DNA of 64,000 bases from an uncultured Hormoscilla sp. (GTDB lineage: Bacteria; Cyanobacteriota; Cyanobacteriia; Cyanobacteriales; Desertifilaceae): NCBI GenBank assembly GCA_963921275.4, contig OZ001293.3:1888001-1952000 (forward strand), read 5' to 3'. The notes beneath the pieces were generated by a model. It was not told the origin of the DNA. It saw only the letters and a program-made list of their open reading frames with translations, and did no database searches. Positions 60,523 to 64,000 of the stretch are shown piece after piece (within the stretch, counting starts at the first letter, position 1; the number at the start of each line of letters is the position of its first letter). A program made the translations under genes and the position numbers.

Positions 60523-62055
60523 TTGAGCAGCAGACCTGATCCATTACAAATAACCGCGATCGCTATGTCATCCCAACCGTTACTGTCTGGCAAACCTACT
60601 GGTAAACGCAAACAACGGCGCCGCCGCAACCTCTGGTTTGAGAGATTGATGGCGATCGTAGCGGTGGGGAACTTGACCTTGGTGGCCTTCGATATGAGTT
60701 ACGTCCGCATGCGGAATTTCTGGCTACAGGGTAATATTCCCATTCCTATAGTTGGCGGCACAATTAAAGCTCCCGTGCCACCGGTCACCTCTTGGTATGA
60801 CCCCGTTAAGGGGATTGAACCCCACCGAGATACGGCGGCGTATCTCCAGCGGGTGGATGCGCTAGAAGCTCAAATAAGGAAAACAGGAGTGCGATCTCCC
60901 TCCTCAGAAGCTCTCTTAGAAGAATTGCGGGTCAGAAGCATGAAAATGATTGAAGAGAATCCTTTTCAGGTAGCCAATAAGAGTGGAACCCTGGAAAAGA
61001 TTAAAAATCGGATGCGCGACCTAATTGACAATGAACAGGATTCATCCAAAGAAGTATTCAAGACTTTCTGGAGCCAAGAATATTTAGCTACAGCATCGCC
61101 AACACAAGGACTAGGGTTCTTTAAGGAAGAGATTCGTCCCCTGATCGAAACCAACTACTTTCGGTCGAGCGACGAAACTGGGAAATTTACCGATAAATTC
61201 TGGCAACTAGACTTACCCTTTGCCATACTTTTTATCCTAGAGTTTCTGGCGCGGACCTTTTACATCAGCCGCAGGTATACTAGCATTGACTGGCAAGAGG
61301 CCATGTTGTGGCGCTGGTACGATATCTTTTTGTTTTTGCCGTTTTTCCGCTGGCTACGAGTCATCCCGGTGACTATTCGGCTGAACGACGCAGAGTTAAT
61401 CGATCTCGAACCAGTCCGCGCTCAATTCAGTCGAGGTTTTGTGGCTAGCTTTGCTGGAGAGCTAACAGAAGTCGTGATCGTGCAAACGATAAACCAGGTA
61501 CAAAAGTCAGTCAAGAGTGGTGATTTAGCACGGCAGGTGTTTGAGAGTGTCAACCGCCCCTACATCGACCTGAACAACATTAACGAAGCAGAAGCGATCT
61601 CAGGACGTCTAGTGCAACTGACTCTCTACGAAGTGTTGCCAGAGATAGAGCCAGACTTAAGAGCCTGGCTGAACCATAACATAGAAAGCATCCTCAGTCA
61701 ATCTCCTGTGTACCAAGGTCTGCATGCCTTACCAGGCTTGAATCAGCTCCCCGCTCAGTTAACCTTACAGATAGCGACACAGGTCTCAAAGCTGCTCACA
61801 GAAGGATCCCAATCACTCTACGATGCCATCATCAACGACCCCGTCGGTGGTGAACTGACAAACAAGCTAGTGCAGCATTTCAGCCAAGCTTTAGGCTCGG
61901 AAATTCAACAAAAGCAAAACTTGCAAGAACTCGAATCCCTGATTTACGACTTCCTGGAAGAGGTTAAGATCAATTACGTCCAGCACCTATCCCAGGAGGA
62001 TATCGAGCAAATTCTGGAACAAACCAGGCAACTCCAGCAAGGTAGCAAATCCTAG
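60523..62055 (+). CDS. Hypothetical membrane protein with an ion-transport-like TM segment
   Basis: Long intact ORF; FAILFILEFL...WRWYD..L.LP..RWLRVI. Confidence 0.75.
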   Translation: MSSRPDPLQITAIAMSSQPLLSGKPTGKRKQRRRRNLWFERLMAIVAVGNLTLVAFDMSYVRMRNFWLQGNIPIPIVGGTIKAPVPPVTSWYDPVKGIEPHRDTAAYLQRVDALEAQIRKTGVRSPSSEALLEELRVRSMKMIEENPFQVANKSGTLEKIKNRMRDLIDNEQDSSKEVFKTFWSQEYLATASPTQGLGFFKEEIRPLIETNYFRSSDETGKFTDKFWQLDLPFAILFILEFLARTFYISRRYTSIDWQEAMLWRWYDIFLFLPFFRWLRVIPVTIRLNDAELIDLEPVRAQFSRGFVASFAGELTEVVIVQTINQVQKSVKSGDLARQVFESVNRPYIDLNNINEAEAISGRLVQLTLYEVLPEIEPDLRAWLNHNIESILSQSPVYQGLHALPGLNQLPAQLTLQIATQVSKLLTEGSQSLYDAIINDPVGGELTNKLVQHFSQALGSEIQQKQNLQELESLIYDFLEEVKINYVQHLSQEDIEQILEQTRQLQQGSKS

Positions 62056-62489
62056 CCCAGCGTAGGACAGGCGTCTCGCCTGTCGGTCGGTGGAGGAGAT
62101 CGCCAGATCCTGCTAACTACCACCGGTAGGTATAAGCCTCGGTCCATAAATAAAACTTGACAAATAAACTTTTCTGTGATAGCATAGTAAAATATATCTG
62201 AGATCCTCTCCCCCCTCTCTAGGCGCGAAAGCGCCTGGGAAGCACTAAAGCGCTGACTACGAACGGGAATGTTATGATAGAAATAACTCGAAGGCACCCA
62301 CGGGACTAGGCCGCTAGTAGCCCCGTAATGATGTGGAACGGCGTCGTGGAGGTCAGGCATAATTTCACGCCTAAGTGGGTCTGTTACCAAATGTGTGGGC
62401 ACGCTCCGGGAACCCTACGCTGCTCACCATGAGGGTAAATACCCGCTTTTTTTTAATGGAAGTTAGAGCTGTTTTGCGGGGGTTGACAG

Positions 62490-62951
62490 ATGAATCATCC
62501 TTTAATTCCAGAAATTCTGGATTTGGCAACACCAGTGGCATCTACCCTGGGATTAGAAGTGGTAGGAGCAGTTTTTCAGACGAACCAAAAGCCCCCAGTA
62601 CTGCGTGTAGACATCCGGAATCCTCAACAAGATACCGGTTTAGATGACTGCGAACGAATGAGTCGAGCGATGTCGGCAACCTTAGATAGTAATGAAATTC
62701 TATCAGATGCTTACGTTCTGGAGATTTCCAGTCCTGGCATATCACGACAGCTGACGAGCGATCGAGAATTTATCGCCTTCAAAGGGTTTGCCGTCATTGT
62801 CAGCACAAAAGCTGCTGCCGAAAGTATAAAGGAGTGGCGAGGGCAGTTGCAGCGTAGGGATGAGACAGCAGTTTACTTGAATCAAAAAAGAAAAAGCATC
62901 GCCATCTCGCGCCAGGATATTACCAGGGTGGAGTTAGATGAAAGCCGCTAA
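62490..62951 (+). CDS. rimP: Ribosome maturation factor RimP
   Basis: LRVDI, DDCERMSR, YVLEISSPG; precedes nusA. Confidence 0.95.
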   Translation: MNHPLIPEILDLATPVASTLGLEVVGAVFQTNQKPPVLRVDIRNPQQDTGLDDCERMSRAMSATLDSNEILSDAYVLEISSPGISRQLTSDREFIAFKGFAVIVSTKAAAESIKEWRGQLQRRDETAVYLNQKRKSIAISRQDITRVELDESR

Positions 62952-62995
62952 CAATCATCAAAGAGCAGTCATTTTTTAGGGAGACAGAACAAAAA

Positions 62996-64000
62996 ATGTC
63001 AATGGTAAATCTGCCAAGACTAAAAGATATGATCGACAGTATCAGTCGAGATCGCAACTTACCGAAACACGCTGTCCAGGCGGCGCTGCGAGAAGCGCTG
63101 ATGAAGGGATATGAGCGCTATCGTCGCACTCAAGGGCTGAATAGCGCCAACTTTGATGAAGAATACTTTGACAATTTTGAAATCGAACTAGACATCGAGG
63201 AGGAAGGATTTAGAATCCTGTCCACTAAAAGTATTACCGAAGAGGTCAGCAACCCAGACCATCAGATTTCACTCAAAGAAGTGCAAGAAGTCGCTGCCGA
63301 AGCCCAGTTGGGAGATACCGTGATATTGGATGTCACGCCAGATCAGAGAGATTTTGGTCGGATGGCGGCGATCCAGACTAAGCAGGTGCTGGCTCAAAAA
63401 CTGCGAGATCAACAGCGTAAGCTGATTCAAGAAGAGTTCCAAGACCTGGAAGGGACAGTACTACAAGCTAGAGTCTTGCGCTTTGAAAGACAATCAGCGA
63501 TCATGGCAGTTAGTAGTAGTTTTGGCCAGCCAGAGGTAGAAGCGGAACTGCCCAAGCGGGAACAGCTGCCCAACGACAACTATCGAGCTAATGCCACCTT
63601 CAAGGTTTATCTGAAAAAAGTGGGCTCCGGCTCTCACCGAGGCCCGCAGCTGCTAGTGTCGCGAGCTGACGCCGGTTTAGTGGTGTATCTGTTCGACAAC
63701 GAAGTGCCAGAAATTCAGGATGAAATAGTGCGCATTGTGGCAGTAGCGCGGGAAGCAAATCCTCCTTCTCGTTATGTGGGCCCCCGCACGAAAATTGCTG
63801 TTGATACTCTCGAACGAGATGTAGACCCAGTAGGAGCCTGCATCGGCTCCCGAGGGTCGCGCATTCAAGTGGTGGTCAATGAATTGCGGGGGGAAAAAAT
63901 CGACGTGATCCGCTGGTCCCCTGACCCAGCTACCTATATTGCCAACGCCCTCAGTCCCGCCCGTGTCGATGCTGTGTATTTAGTAGACCCGGATGTTCGT
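62996..64000 (+). CDS. nusA: Transcription factor NusA (runs off the window)
   Basis: MSMVNLP..., FGRMAAIQTKQV, EVPEI, DPVGACIGSRGSRIQ. Confidence 0.96.
   Translation, partial: MSMVNLPRLKDMIDSISRDRNLPKHAVQAALREALMKGYERYRRTQGLNSANFDEEYFDNFEIELDIEEEGFRILSTKSITEEVSNPDHQISLKEVQEVAAEAQLGDTVILDVTPDQRDFGRMAAIQTKQVLAQKLRDQQRKLIQEEFQDLEGTVLQARVLRFERQSAIMAVSSSFGQPEVEAELPKREQLPNDNYRANATFKVYLKKVGSGSHRGPQLLVSRADAGLVVYLFDNEVPEIQDEIVRIVAVAREANPPSRYVGPRTKIAVDTLERDVDPVGACIGSRGSRIQVVVNELRGEKIDVIRWSPDPATYIANALSPARVDAVYLVDPDVR

Overview
Chromosomal window from a filamentous cyanobacterium (abundant HIP1 GCGATCGC, cyanophycin genes, 7-mer tandem repeats) in active genome decay. The pattern fits a host-associated Oscillatoriales such as a sponge symbiont, but that is inference. 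Housekeeping genes are intact (gpmI, secG, trmD, ispF, tatA, rimP, nusA, proVWX). Accessory genes are broken by nonsense codons, frameshifts, IS elements (IS5, IS1, ISAzo13, IS4-like relics) and MITEs: a ~2,437-aa cadherin-repeat adhesin, a GspE/PilB ATPase, hrcA, an EPS cluster, a TPR-CHAT protein, cphA/cphB, a cyanobactin PatA/PatG C-terminal relic and a transglutaminase. The most unusual content is a layered set of non-coding mobile DNA. (i) Three ORF-less group II introns: one splits an unannotated secreted-protein gene and two form a nested twintron. (ii) Several families of 24-150 bp palindromic micro-elements insert into genes (often in frame), into IS elements, into introns and into each other; one has a filled/empty-site pair. 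No reverse transcriptase, CRISPR array, tRNA or rRNA was found.
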